Positions 1 through 21,509 of a DNA stretch of 64,000 nucleotides are shown one piece after another (position 1 is the first letter of the stretch; every line of letters starts with the position of its first letter). Position numbers and translations under genes: made by a program. The stretch lies in NCBI RefSeq assembly GCF_009914755.1, contig NC_060948.1, one strand, 5' to 3'. The notes beneath the pieces are model-generated. The model was not told the origin of the DNA. It was given only the letters and a program-made list of their open reading frames with translations, and did no database searches. The stretch comes from the human T2T-CHM13v2.0 reference genome, Homo sapiens.

Positions 1-1418
<1,418 letters not shown>

Positions 1419-1421
1419 TAG

Positions 1422-1451
1422 CTGGGACTACACCACACTGGGACTACACCA
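1422..1451. repeat. 16-bp-period tandem duplication inside the Alu (ctgggactacacca-ca-ctgggactacacca), present in all 26 copies
   Basis: Read directly; the Alu consensus has only one copy of this motif. Confidence 0.9.
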
Positions 1452-1521
1452 GCTGCCACCATGCCTAGCTAATTTTTTGGATTTTTAGTAGTGACAGCGT
1501 TTCACTGTATTGGCCAGGATG

Positions 1522-1530
1522 GTCTTGATC
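1522..1530 (-). promoter_or_regulatory. Alu Pol III B-box-like motif GATCAAGAC (repeated in each unit); function untested
   Basis: Plus-strand gtcttgatc at the B-box position of the Alu left arm; fits GWTCRANNC. Confidence 0.45.
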
Positions 1531-1592
1531 TCTTCACCTTGTGATCCCCTTGCCTTGGCCTCCAAATTTGCTGGGATTACAGGCCTGAGCCA

Positions 1593-2170
1593 AGATCCGT
1601 ATTTTTTAAATGAAAAAAAATTTCAAAGGTACTCTGCTTGGTACAATAATCAAATGTATAAACTGAGGAATAAAACATAACCATGAAACCTACTTATAAC
1701 TGCATATGGAAAATACAGAGGATAATTTTTTAAATAACATATTTTGAAAGCCTTAACTAGTAATTTGAAGAGTTGGCATTTGAAAGGCCAGTATGAATAT
1801 ACCTTCAAAGCAGCAACACAGGTTCCCCATGAGAAAAAGCAAACACAGGGAAAATAAAAACACAAAGGTTCAATCTCTTCTGACCTTTGAAAGACACAGC
1901 ACAGACAGTGGTCCTTAGGACGAAGAGCAGGAGACCCCCTAATTCCGTCACCATGGCGATAGGGCATAAACATTGCTGGGTGAGGGCACAATCCACATTG
2001 TGAGGTCCAACTGCTGCCAGGAAGACAGGAGTGCTTTTACATAGACCGAAAGGTCATTGAAGGCTCAGAGTTTTGTTTGAAGAACTGAATCCCAAGCCCA
2101 CACGTTATTAGGCTGCGCTTCTTAAAACAAGTTATGAGATGGGAAAAAGGGCACCCACAAACATACGTAT
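1593..2170. repeat. HSATI-like complex subunit U1 (~578 bp)
   Basis: Higher-complexity segment between the Alu 5' end and the AT block. Name assigned from the known DYZ2 architecture; right boundary approximate. Confidence 0.8.
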
Positions 2171-4010
<1,840 letters not shown>

Positions 4011-4588
4011 AGATCCGTATTTTTTAAATGAAAAAAAATTTCAAAGGTACTCTGCTTGGTACAATAATCAAATGTATAAACTGAGGAATAAAACATAACC
4101 ATGAAACCTACTTATAACTGCATATGGAAAATACAGAGGATAATTTTTTAAATAACATATTTTGAAAGCCTTAACTAGTAATTTGAAGAGTTGGCATTTG
4201 AAAGGCCAGTATGAATATACCTTCAAAGCAGCAACACAGGTTCCCCATGAGAAAAAGCAAACACAGGGTAAATAAAAACACAAAGGTTCAATCTCTTCTG
4301 ACCTTTGAAAGACACAGCACAGACAGTGGTCCTTAAGACGAAGAGCAGGAGACCCCCTAATTCCGTCACCATGGCGATAGGGCATAAACATTGCTGGGTG
4401 AGGGCACAATCCACATTGTGAGGTCCAACTGCTGCCAGGAAGACAGGAGTGCTTTTACATAGACCGAAAGGTCATTGAAGGCTCAGAGTTTTGTTTCAAG
4501 AACTGAATCCCAAGCCCACACGTTATTAGGCTGCGCTTCTTAAAACAAGTTATGAGATGGGAAAAAGGGCACCCACAAACATACGTAT
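4011..4588. repeat. HSATI subunit U2
   Basis: Copy of U1 segment. Confidence 0.8.
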
Positions 4589-6109
4589 ACATTATGTATA
4601 TAATAATATACAGTATCATATATATAATATATATAACCTATGTATAATATTGTTTTACATCCTGCATCTTATGTTATATATATTGTATAAAATATAATAA
4701 TTGATAATATATAAGTTTTATAATTATACAGTATGACATATAGTATATATTATAATTTATGACATATATAATATATTTTATATATCATATATAGAATATA
4801 TTATACGGTTAATATACGTATTAAATATAAATTATACATTATATATATTATATATAATATATCTGTTATATATAATACCCATTATGCATAATATATATAT
4901 TATGTCTATGTTATATATAGTATAAAACAACATATAATAATATATAATTGTATATATAAAATGCGACATATAATATATATTATATTTTATAACATATGTA
5001 ATATATATTATATATTATATATAATACGTTGTATGTATAATACCTATATTAAATATATATTATATGACTATGTTATTAATTACATGTCACATGTGTTATA
5101 TATTATATATTTTACATAGAATATACCGGTTACATACAATATATACTATGTTACCTATAATGTATAATTTACTACATGTAAAATAAAGAATGCAATATAT
5201 TATGTATAATTTATAATATACAATATGTGGAATGTGATATATATAACATATAATATATATGATATACAGTATATGATATATAACATACAATATATGATTC
5301 CTAATATATATGGTATACAATATATATTTTATGATATGTATTCTATATGTTTTATATTCTGTTATATATAACTATTTGAAATTATATATAACTTTATAAT
5401 ATTTTATGTAAATATGTAATATAATATATATAACTATATAATATATTATATATAACTATATATTATGTTATATATACTTTTATAACATAATTTACATAAA
5501 ATATCATAATATAATATATATTATATTATTTCATATTACATAATATATATTACATATCACCCAATATAACTAACATACATAATATTATAATATAGATTAT
5601 ATTATGTTATATTAAATATCATATATATCATGTATCATATATTCTATAATATATATTACACATTATATAATATGTATGTTGTCTATTATGTGATATATAT
5701 AACTATATATATAATTATATTTTTATACATATAACTAGATAAACATGTAATTCTACATATTTTCATTTATAATATGTAGAATTATATAAACATATATAAT
5801 TATTTATATTCTATAAAAAATTTTATCATTATATGAATTATAATATATAAAAATTATAATATGTACTACATATATATATTATATATCATATATGATATAG
5901 TACCTTTGTTATATATCATAATACATATAAATGTGTATTATGTTACCTATAATTATATAATTTCATATATAAGATGTATAATATGTATCATATATTATAT
6001 ATGTTATGTAATATATATAGTATATATAAGATGACACAGGATAAATATTATATACTATGACATATAAAATATATGAGGTTATATGTTACATATAAGGCAT
6101 AGCACATAA

Positions 6110-6424
<315 letters not shown>

Positions 6425-7002
6425 AGATCCGTATTTTTTAAATGAAAAAAAATTTCAAAGGTACTCTGCTTGGTACAATAATCAAATGTATAAACTGAGG
6501 AATAAAACATAACCATGAAACCTACTTATAACTGCATATGGAAAATACAGAGGATAATTTTTTAAATAACATATTTTGAAAGCCTTAACTAGTAATTTGA
6601 AGAGTTGGCATTTGAAAGGCCAGTATGAATATACCTTCAAAGCAGCAACACAGGTTCCCCATGAGAAAAAGCAAACACAGGGAAAATAAAAACACAAAGG
6701 TTCAATCTCTTCTGACCTTTGAAAGACACAGCACAGACAGTGGTCCTTAGGACGAAGAGCAGGAGACCCCCTAATTCCGTCACCATGGCGATAGGGCATA
6801 AACATTGCTGGGTGAGGGCACAATCCACATTGTGAGGTCCAACTGCTGCCAGGAAGACAGGAGTGCTTTTACATAGACCGAAAGGTCATTGAAGGCTCAG
6901 AGTTTTGTTTCAAGAACTGAATCCCAAGCCCACACGTTATTAGGCTGCGCTTCTTAAAACAAGTTATGAGATGGGAAAAAGGGCACCCACAAACATACGT
7001 AT
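6425..7002. repeat. HSATI subunit U3
   Basis: Copy of U1 segment. Confidence 0.8.
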
Positions 7003-8528
7003 ACATTATGTATATAATAATATACAGTATCATATATATAATATATATAACCTATGTATAATATTGTTTTACATCCTGCATCTTATGTTATATATATTGT
7101 ATAAAATATAATAATTGATAATATATAAGTTTTATAATTATACAGTATGACATATAGTATATATTATAATTTATGACATATATAATATATTTTATATATC
7201 ATATATAGAATATATTATACGGTTAATATACGTATTAAATATAAATTATACATTATATATATTATATATAATATATCTGTTATATATAATACCCATTATG
7301 CATAATATATATATTATGTCTATGTTATATATAGTATAAAACAACATATAATAATATATAATTGTATATATAAAATGCGACATATAATATATATTATATT
7401 TTATAACATATGTAATATATATTATATATTATATATAATACGTTGTATGTATAATACCTATATTAAATATATATTATATGACTATGTTATTAATTACATG
7501 TCACATGTGTTATATATTATATATTTTACATAGAATATACCGGTTACATACAATATATACTATGTTACCTATAATGTATAATTTACTACATGTAAAATAA
7601 AGAATGCAATATATTATGTATAATTTATAATATACAATATGTGGAATGTGATATATATAACATATAATATATGATATATGATATACAGTATATGATATAT
7701 AACATACAATATATGATTCCTAATATATATGGTATACAATATATATTTTATGATATGTATTCTATATGTTTTATATTCTGTTATATATAACTATTTGAAA
7801 TTATATATAACTGTATAATATTTTATGTAAATATGTAATATAATATATATAACTATATAATATATTATATATAACTATATATTATGTTATATATACTTTT
7901 ATAACATAATTTACATAAAATATCATAATATAATATATATTATATTATTTCATATTACATAATATATATTACATATCACCCAATATAACTAACATACATA
8001 ATATTATAATATAGATTATATTATGTTATATTAAATATCATATATATCATGTATCATATATTCTATAATATATATTACACATTATATAATATGTATGTTG
8101 TCTATTATGTGATATATATAACTATATATATAATTATATTTTTATACATATAACTAGATAAACATGTAATTCTACATATTTTCATTTATAATATGTAGAA
8201 TTATATAAACATATATAATTATTTATATTCTATAAAAAATTTTATCATTATATGAATTATAATATATAAAAATTATAATATGTACTACATATATATATTA
8301 TATATCATATATGATATAGTACCTTTGTTATATATCATAATACATATAAATGTGTATTATGTTACCTATAATTATATAATTTCATATATAAGATGTATAA
8401 TATGTATCATATATTATATATGTTATGTAATATATATAGTATATATAAGATGACACAGGATAAATATTATATACTATGACATATAAAATATATGAGGTTA
8501 TATGTTACATATAAGGCATAGCACATAA

Positions 8529-8843
<315 letters not shown>

Positions 8844-9421
8844 AGATCCGTATTTTTTAAATGAAAAAAAATTTCAAAGGTACTCTGCTTGGTACAATAA
8901 TCAAATGTATAAACTGAGGAATAAAACATAACCATGAAACCTACTTATAACTGCATATGGAAAATACAGAGGATAATTTTTTAAATAACATATTTTGAAA
9001 GCCTTAACTAGTAATTTGAAGAGTTGGCATTTGAAAGGCCAGTATGAATATACCTTCAAAGCAGCAACACAGGTTCCCCATGAGAAAAAGCAAACACAGG
9101 GAAAATAAAAACACAAAGGTTCAATCTCTTCTGACCTTTGAAAGACACAGCACAGACAGTGGTCCTTAGGACGAAGAGCAGGAGACCCCCTAATTCCGTC
9201 ACCATGGCGATAGGGCATAAACATTGCTGGGTGAGGGCACAATCCACATTGTGAGGTCCAACTGCTGCCAGGAAGACAGGAGTGCTTTTACATAGACCGA
9301 AAGGTCATTGAAGGCTCAGAGTTTTGTTTCAAGAACTGAATCCCAAGCCCACACGTTATTAGGCTGCGCTTCTTAAAACAAGTTATGAGATGGGAAAAAG
9401 GGCACCCACAAACATACGTAT
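8844..9421. repeat. HSATI subunit U4
   Basis: Copy of U1 segment. Confidence 0.8.
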
Positions 9422-10949
9422 ACATTATGTATATAATAATATACAGTATCATATATATAATATATATAACCTATGTATAATATTGTTTTACATCCTGCAT
9501 CTTATGTTATATATATTGTATAAAATATAATAATTGATAATATATAAGTTTTATAATTATACAGTATGACATATAGTATATATTATAATTTATGACATAT
9601 ATAATATATGTTATATATCATATATAGAATATATTATACGGTTAATATACGTATTAAATATAAATTATACATTATATATATTATATATAATATATCTGTT
9701 ATATATAATACCCATTATGCATAATATATATATTATGTCTATGTTATATATAGTATAAAACAACATATAATAATATATAATTGTATATATAAAATGCGAC
9801 ATATAATATATATTATATTTTATAACATATGTAATATATATTATATATTATATATAATACGTTGTATGTATAATACCTATATTAAATATATATTATATGA
9901 CTATGTTATTAATTACATGTCACATGTGTTATATATTATATATTTTACATAGAATATACCGGTTACATACAATATATACTATGTTACCTATAATGTATAA
10001 TTTATTACATGTAAAATAAAGAATGCAATATATTATGTATAATTTATAATATACAATATGTGGAATGTGATATATATAACATATAATATATGATATATGA
10101 TATACAGTATATGATATATAACATACAATATATGATTCCTAATATATATGGTATACAATATATATTTTATGATATGTATTCTATATGTTTTATATTCTGT
10201 TATATATAACTATTTGAAATTATATATAACTGTATAATATTTTATGTAAATATGTAATATAATATATATAACTATATAATATATTATATATAACTATATA
10301 TTATGTTATATATACTTTTATAACATAATTTACATAAAATATCATAATATAATATATATTATATTATTTCATATTACATAATATATATTACATATCACCC
10401 AATATAACTAACATACATAATATTATAATATAGATTATATTATGTTATATTAAATATCATATATATCATGTATCATATATTCTATAATATATATTACACA
10501 TTATATAATATGTATGTTGTCTATTATGTGATATATATAACTATATATATAATTATATTTTTATACATATAACTAGATAAACATGTAATTCTACATATTT
10601 TCATTTATAATATGTAGAATTATATAATCATATATAATTATTTATATTCTATAAAAAATTTTATCATTATATGAATTATAATATATAAAAATTATAATAT
10701 GTACTACAAATATATATATTATATATCATATATGATATAGTACCTTTGTTATATATCATAATACATATAAATGTGTATTATGTTATCTATAATTATATAA
10801 TTTCATATATAAGATGTATAATATGTATCATATATTATATATGTTATGTAATATATATAGTATATATAAGATGACACAGGATAAATATTATATACTATGA
10901 CATATAAAATATATGAGGTTATATGTTACATATAAGGCATAGCACATAA

Positions 10950-11264
<315 letters not shown>

Positions 11265-11842
11265 AGATCCGTATTTTTTAAATGAAAAAAAATTTCAAAG
11301 GTACTCTGCTTGGTACAATAATCAAATGTATAAACTGAGGAATAAAACATAACCATGAAACCTACTTATAACTGCATATGGAAAATACAGAGGATAATTT
11401 TTTAAATAACATATTTTGAAAGCCTTAACTAGTAATTTGAAGAGTTGGCATTTGAAAGGCCAGTATGAATATACCTTCAAAGCAGCAACACAGGTTCCCC
11501 ATGAGAAAAAGCAAACACAGGGAAAATAAAAACACAAAGGTTCAATCTCTTCTGACCTTTGAAAGACACAGCACAGACAGTGGTCCTTAGGACGAAGAGC
11601 AGGAGACCCCCTAATTCCGTCACCATGGCGATAGGGCATAAACATTGCTGGGTGAGGGCACAATCCACATTGTGAGGTCCAACTGCTGCCAGGAAGACAG
11701 GAGTGCTTTTACATAGACCGAAAGGTCATTGAAGGCTCAGAGTTTTGTTTCAAGAACTGAATCCCAAGCCCACACGTTATTAGGCTGCGCTTCTTAAAAC
11801 AAGTTATGAGATGGGAAAAAGGGCACCCACAAACATACGTAT
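11265..11842. repeat. HSATI subunit U5
   Basis: Copy of U1 segment (last C5 copy). Confidence 0.8.
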
Positions 11843-13361
11843 ACATTATGTATATAATAATATACAGTATCATATATATAATATATATAACCTATGTATA
11901 ATATTGTTTTACATACTGCATCTTATGTTATATATATTGTATAAAATATAATAATTGATAATATATGTTTTATAATTATACAGTATGACATATAGTATAT
12001 ATTATAATTTATGACATATATAATATATGTTATATATATTATATAGAATATATTATACGGTTAATATACGTATTAAATATAAATTATATATATTATATAT
12101 AATATATCTGTTATATATAATACCCATTATGCATAATATATATATTATGTCTATGTTATATATAGTATAAAACAACATATAATAATATATAATTGTATAT
12201 ATAAAATGCGACATATAATATATATTATATTTTATAACATATGTAATATATATTATATATTATATATAATACGTTGTATGTATAATACCTATATTAAATA
12301 TATATTATATGACTATGTTATTAATTACATGTCACATGTGTTATATATTATATATTTTACATAGAATATACCGGTTACATACAATATATACTATGTTACC
12401 TATAATGTATAATTTATTACATGTAAAATAAAGAATGCAATATATTATGTATAATTTATAATATACAATATGTGGAATGTGATATATATAACATATAATA
12501 TATGATATATGATATACAGTATATGATATATAACATACAATATATGATTCCTAATATATATGGTATACAATATATATTTTATGATATGTATTCTATATGT
12601 TTTATATTCTGTTATATATAACTATTTGAAATTATATATAACTGTATAATATTTTATGTAAATATGTAATATAATATATATAACTATATAATATATTATA
12701 TATAACTATATATTATGTTATATATACTTTTATAACATAATTTACATAAAATATCATAATATAATATATATTATATTATTTCATATTACATAATATATAT
12801 TACATATCACCCAATATAACTAACATACATAATATTATAATATAGATTACATTGTGTTATATTAAATATCATATATATCATGTATCATATATTCTATAAT
12901 ATATATTACACATTATATAATATGTATGTTGTCTATTATGTGATATATATAACTATATATATAATTATATTTTTATACATATAACTAGATAAACATGTAA
13001 TTTTACATATTTTCATTTATAATATGTAGAATTATATAATCATATATAATTATTTATATTCTATAAAAAATGTTATCATTATATGAATTATAATATATAA
13101 AAATTATAATATGTACTACAAATATATATATTATATATCATATATGATATAGTACCTTTGTTATATATCATAATACATATAAATGTGTATTATGTTATCT
13201 ATAATTATATAATTTCATATATAAGATGTATAATATGTATCATATATTATATATGTTATGTAATATATATAGTATATATAAGATGACACAGGATAAATAT
13301 TATATACTATGACATATAAAATATATGACGTTATATGTTACATATAAGGCATAGCACATAA

Positions 13362-13676
<315 letters not shown>

Positions 13677-14253
13677 AGATCCGTATTTTTTAAATGAAAA
13701 AAAATTTCAAAGATACTCTGCTTGGTACAATAATCAAATGTATAAACTGAGGAATAAAACATAACCATGAAACCTACTTATAACTGCATATGGAAAATAC
13801 AGAGGATAATTTTTTAAATAACATATTTTGAAAGCCTTAACTAGTAATTTGAAGAGTTGGCATTTGAAAGGCCAGTATGAATATACCTTCAAAGCAGCAA
13901 CACAGGTTCCCCATGAGAAAAAGCAAACACAGGGAAAATAAAAACACAAAGGTTCAATCTCTTCTGACCTTTGAAAGACACAGCACAGACAGTGGTCCTT
14001 AGGACGAAGAGCAGGAGACCCCTAATTCCGTCACCATGGCGATAGGGCATAAACATTGCTGGGTGAGGGCACAATCCACATTGTGAGGTCCAACTGCTGC
14101 CAGGAAGACAGGAGTGCTTTTACATAGACCGAAAGGTCATTGAAGGCTCAGAGTTTTGTTTCAAGAACTGAATCCCAAGCCCACACGTTATTAGGCTGCG
14201 CTTCTTAAAACAAGTTATGAGATGGGAAAAAGGGCACCCACAAACATACGTAT
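13677..14253. repeat. HSATI subunit U6
   Basis: Copy (first C4 copy). Confidence 0.8.
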
Positions 14254-15779
14254 ACATTATGTATATAATAATATACAGTATCATATATATAATATATATA
14301 ACCTATGTATAATATTGTTTTACATCCTGCATCTTATGTTATATATATTGTATAAAATATAATAATTGATAATATATAAGTTTTATAATTATACAATATG
14401 ACATATAGTATATATTATAATTTATGACATATATAATATATGTTATATATCATATATAGAATATATTATACGGTTAATATACGTATTAAATATAAATTAT
14501 ACATTATATATATTATATATAATATATCTGTTATATATAATACCCATTATGCATAATATATATATTATGTCTATGTTATATATAGTATAAAACAACATAT
14601 AATAATATATAATTGTATATATAAAATGCGACATATAATATATATTATATTTTATAACATATGTAATATATATTATATATTATATATAATACGTTGTATG
14701 TATAATACCTATATTAAATATATATTATATGACTATGTTATTAATTACATGTCACATGTGTTATATATTATATATTTTACATAGAATATACCGGTTACAT
14801 ACAATATATACTATGTTACCTATAATGTATAATTTATTACATGTAAAATAAAGAATGCAATATATTATGTATAATTTATAATATACAATATGTGGAATGT
14901 GATATATATAACATATAATATATGATATATGATATACAGTATATGATATATAACATACAATATATGATTCCTAATATATATGGTATACAATATATATTTT
15001 ATGATATGTATTCTATATGTTTTATATTCTGTTATATATAACTATTTGAAATTATATATAACTGTATAATATTTTATGTAAATATGTAATATAATATATA
15101 TAACTATATAATATATTATATATAACTATATATTATGTTATATATACTTTTATAACATAATTTACATAAAATATCATAATATAATATATATTATATTATT
15201 TCATATTACATAATATATATTACATATCACCCAATATAACTAACATACATAATATTATAATATAGATTATATTATGTTATATTAAATATCATATATATCA
15301 TGTATCATATATTCTATAATATATATTACACATTATATAATATGTATGTTGTCTATTATGTGATATATATAACTATATATAATTATATTTTTATACATAT
15401 AACTAGATAAACATGTAATTCTACATATTTTCATTTATAATATGTAGAATTATATAATCATATATAATTATTTATATTCTATAAAAAATTTTATCATTAT
15501 ATGAATTATAATATATAAAAATTATAATATGTACTACAAATATATATATTATATATCATATATGATATAGTACCTTTGTTATATATCATAATACATATAA
15601 ATGTGTATTATGTTATCTATAATTATATAATTTCATATATAAGATGTATAATATGTATCATATATTATATATGTTATGTAATATATATAGTATATATAAG
15701 ATGACACAGGATAAATATTATATACTATGACATATAAAATATATGAGGTTATATGTTACATATAAGGCATAGCACATAA

Positions 15780-16094
<315 letters not shown>

Positions 16095-16671
16095 AGATCC
16101 GTATTTTTTAAATGAAAAAAAATTTCAAAGGTACTCTGCTTGGTACAATAATCAAATGTATAAACTGAGGAATAAAACATAACCATGAAACCTACTTATA
16201 ACTGCATATGGAAAATACAGAGGATAATTTTTTAAATAACATATTTTGAAAGCCTTAACTAGTAATTTGAAGAGTTGGCATTTGAAAGGCCAGTATGAAT
16301 ATACCTTCAAAGCAGCAACACAGGTTCCCCATGAGAAAAAGCAAACACAGGGAAAATAAAAACACAAAGGTTCAATCTCTTCTGACCTTTGAAAGACACA
16401 GCACAGACAGTGGTCCTTAGGACGAAGAGCAGGAGACCCCTAATTCCGTCACCATGGCGATAGGGCATAAACATTGCTGGGTGAGGGCACAATCCACATT
16501 GTGAGGTCCAACTGCTGCCAGGAAGACAGGAGTGCTTTTACATAGACCGAAAGGTCATTGAAGGCTCAGAGTTTTGTTTCAAGAACTGAATCCCAAGCCC
16601 ACACGTTATTAGGCTGCGCTTCTTAAAACAAGTTATGAGATGGGAAAAAGGGCACCCACAAACATACGTAT
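16095..16671. repeat. HSATI subunit U7
   Basis: Copy of U1 segment. Confidence 0.8.
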
Positions 16672-18197
16672 ACATTATGTATATAATAATATACAGTATC
16701 ATATATATAATATATATAACCTATGTATAATATTGTTTTACATCCTGCATCTTATGTTATATATATTGTATAAAATATAATAATTGATAATATATGTTTT
16801 ATAATTATACAATATGACATATAGTATATATTATAATTTATGACATATATAATATATGTTATATATCATATATAGAATATATTATACGGTTAATATACGT
16901 ATTAAATATAAATTATACATTATATATATTATATATAATATATCTGTTATATATAATACCCATTATGCATAATATATATATTATGTCTATGTTATATATA
17001 GTATAAAACAACATATAATAATATATAATTGTATATATAAAATGCGACATATAATATATATTATATTTTATAACATATGTAATATATATTATATATTATA
17101 TATAATACGTTGTATGTATAATACCTATATTAAATATATATTATATGACTATGTTATTAATTACATGTCACATGTGTTATATATTATATATTTTACATAG
17201 AATATACCGGTTACATACAATATATACTATGTTACCTATAATGTATAATTTATTACATGTAAAATAAAGAATGCAATATATTATGTATAATTTATAATAT
17301 ACAATATGTGGAATGTGATATATATAACATATAATATATGATATATGATATACAGTATATGATATATAACATACAATATATGATTCCTAATATATATGGT
17401 ATACAATATATATTTTATGATATGTATTCTATATGTTTTATATTCTGTTATATATAACTATTTGAAATTATATATAACTGTATAATATTTTATGTAAATA
17501 TGTAATATAATATATATAACTATATAATATATTATATATAACTATATATTATGTTATATATACTTTTATAACATAATTTACATAAAATATCATAATATAA
17601 TATATATTATATTATTTCATATTACATAATATATATTACATATCACCCAATATAACTAACATACATAATATTATAATATAGATTATATTATGTTATATTA
17701 AATATCATATATATCATGTATCATATATTCTATAATATATATTACACATTATATAATATGTATGTTGTCTATTATGTGATATATATAACTATATATATAA
17801 TTATATTTTTATACATATAACTAGATAAACATGTAATTCTACATATTTTCATTTATAATATGTAGAATTATATAATCATATATAATTATTTATATTCTAT
17901 AAAAAATTTTATCATTATATGAATTATAATATATAAAAATTATAATATGTACTACAAATATATATATTATATATCATATATGATATAGTACCTTTGTTAT
18001 ATATCATAATACATATAAATGTGTATTATGTTATCTATAATTATATAATTTCATATATAAGATGTATAATATGTATCATATATTATATATGTTATGTAAT
18101 ATATATAGTATATATAAGATGACACAGGATAAATATTATATACTATGACATATAAAATATATGAGGTTATATGTTACATATAAGGCATAGCACATAA

Positions 18198-18512
<315 letters not shown>

Positions 18513-19089
18513 AGATCCGTATTTTTTAAATGAAAAAAAATTTCAAAGGTACTCTGCTTGGTACAATAATCAAATGTATAAACTGAGGAATAAAACATAA
18601 CCATGAAACCTACTTATAACTGCATATGGAAAATACAGAGGATAATTTTTTAAATAACATATTTTGAAAGCCTTAACTAGTAATTTGAAGAGTTGGCATT
18701 TGAAAGGCCAGTATGAATATACCTTCAAAGCAGCAACACAGGTTCCCCATGAGAAAAAGCAAACACAGGGAAAATAAAAACACAAAGGTTCAATCTCTTC
18801 TGACCTTTGAAAGACACAGCACAGACAGTGGTCCTTAGGACGAAGAGCAGGAGACCCCTAATTCCGTCACCATGGCGATAGGGCATAAACATTGCTGGGT
18901 GAGGGCACAATCCACATTGTGAGGTCCAACTGCTGCCAGGAAGACAGGAGTGCTTTTACATAGACCGAAAGGTCATTGAAGGCTCAGAGTTTTGTTTCAA
19001 GAACTGAATCCCAAGCCCACACGTTATTAGGCTGCGCTTCTTAAAACAAGTTATGAGATGGGAAAAAGGGCACCCACAAACATACGTAT
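18513..19089. repeat. HSATI subunit U8
   Basis: Copy of U1 segment. Confidence 0.8.
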
Positions 19090-20617
19090 ACATTATGTAT
19101 ATAATAATATACAGTATCATATATATAATATATATAACCTATGTATAATATTGTTTTACATCCTGCATCTTATGTTATATATATTGTATAAAATATAATA
19201 ATTGATAATATATAAGTTTTATAATTATACAATATGACATATAGTATATATTATAATTTATGACATATATAATATATGTTATATATCATATATAGAATAT
19301 ATTATACGGTTAATATACGTATTAAATATAAATTATACATTATATATATTATATATAATATATCTGTTATATATAATACCCATTATGCATAATATATATA
19401 TTATGTCTATGTTATATATAGTATAAAACAACATATAATAATATATAATTGTATATATAAAATGCGACATATAATATATATTATATTTTATAACATATGT
19501 AATATATATTATATATTATATATAATACGTTGCATGTATAATACCTATATTAAATATATATTATATGACTATGTTATTAATTACATGTCACATGTGTTAT
19601 ATATTATATATTTTACATAGAATATACCGGTTACATACAATATATACTATGTTACCTATAATGTATAATTTATTACATGTAAAATAAAGAATGCAATATA
19701 TTATGTATAATTTATAATATACAATATGTGGAATGTGATATATATAACATATAATATATGATATATGATATACAGTATATGATATATAACATACAATATA
19801 TGATTCCTAATATATATGGTATACAATATATATTTTATGATATGTATTCTATATGTTTTATATTCTGTTATATATAACTATTTGAAATTATATATAACTG
19901 TATAATATTTTATGTAAATATGTAATATAATATATATAACTATATAATATATTATATATAACTATAGATTATGTTATATATACTTTTATAACATAATTTA
20001 CATAAAATATCATAATATAATATATATTATATTATTTCATATTACATAATATATATTACATATCACCCAATATAACTAACATACATAATATTATAATATA
20101 GATTATATTGTGTTATATTAAATATCATATATATCATGTATCATATATTCTATAATATATATTACACATTATATAATATGTATGTTGTCTATTATGTGAT
20201 ATATATAACTATATATATAATTATATTTTTATACATATAACTAGATAAACATGTAATTCTACATATTTTCATTTATAATATGTAGAATTATATAATCATA
20301 TATAATTATTTATATTCTATAAAAAATTTTATCATTATATGAATTATAATATATAAAAATTATAATATGTACTACAAATATATATATTATATATCATATA
20401 TGATATAGTACCTTTGTTATATATCATAATACATATAAATGTGTATTATGTTATCTATAATTATATAATTTCATATATAAGATGTATAATATGTATCATA
20501 TATTATATATGTTATGTAATATATATAGTATATATAAGATGACACAGGATAAATATTATATACTATGACATATAAAATATATGAGGTTATATGTTACATA
20601 TAAGGCATAGCACATAA

Positions 20618-20932
<315 letters not shown>

Positions 20933-21509
20933 AGATCCGTATTTTTTAAATGAAAAAAAATTTCAAAGGTACTCTGCTTGGTACAATAATCAAATGTATA
21001 AACTGAGGAATAAAACATAACCATGAAACCTACTTATAACTGCATATGGAAAATACAGAGGATAATTTTTTAAATAACATATTTTGAAAGCCTTAACTAG
21101 TAATTTGAAGAGTTGGCATTTGAAAGGCCAGTATGAATATACCTTCAAAGCAGCAACACAGGTTCCCCATGAGAAAAAGCAAACACAGGGAAAATAAAAA
21201 CACAAAGGTTCAATCTCTTCTGACCTTTGAAAGACACAGCACAGACAGTGGTCCTTAGGACGAAGAGCAGGAGACCCCTAATTCCGTCACCATGGCGATA
21301 GGGCATAAACATTGCTGGGTGAGGGCACAATCCACATTGTGAGGTCCAACTGCTGCCAGGAAGACAGGAGTGCTTTTACATAGACCGAAAGGTCATTGAA
21401 GGCTCAGAGTTTTGTGTCAAGAACTGAATCCCAAGCCCACACGTTATTAGGCTGCGCTTCTTAAAACAAGTTATGAGATGGGAAAAAGGGCACCCACAAA
21501 CATACGTAT
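20933..21509. repeat. HSATI subunit U9
   Basis: Copy of U1 segment. Confidence 0.8.

Noticed and set aside
1776-1811. Imperfect inverted repeat gcatttgaaagg...ccttcaaagc (hairpin, terminator or TIR)
   Set aside because: Short and bulged, with no other support; plausible by chance.
1650-1996. Repeated minus-strand 113/63/71/61-aa ORFs in every HSATI subunit (apparent tandem gene family)
   Set aside because: The 113-aa ORF is called from a TTG start. No recognisable domain; the F/C/L-rich composition reflects A-rich DNA. It is frameshifted in 21 of 26 units and has a stop in U15. Recurrence simply reflects DNA repetition.
5096-5320. I/Y-rich ORFs in AT blocks (also 24435, 29262, 31686, 50889, 53434, 60696)
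   Set aside because: Translation artefacts of TA-rich sequence that appear and disappear with indels.
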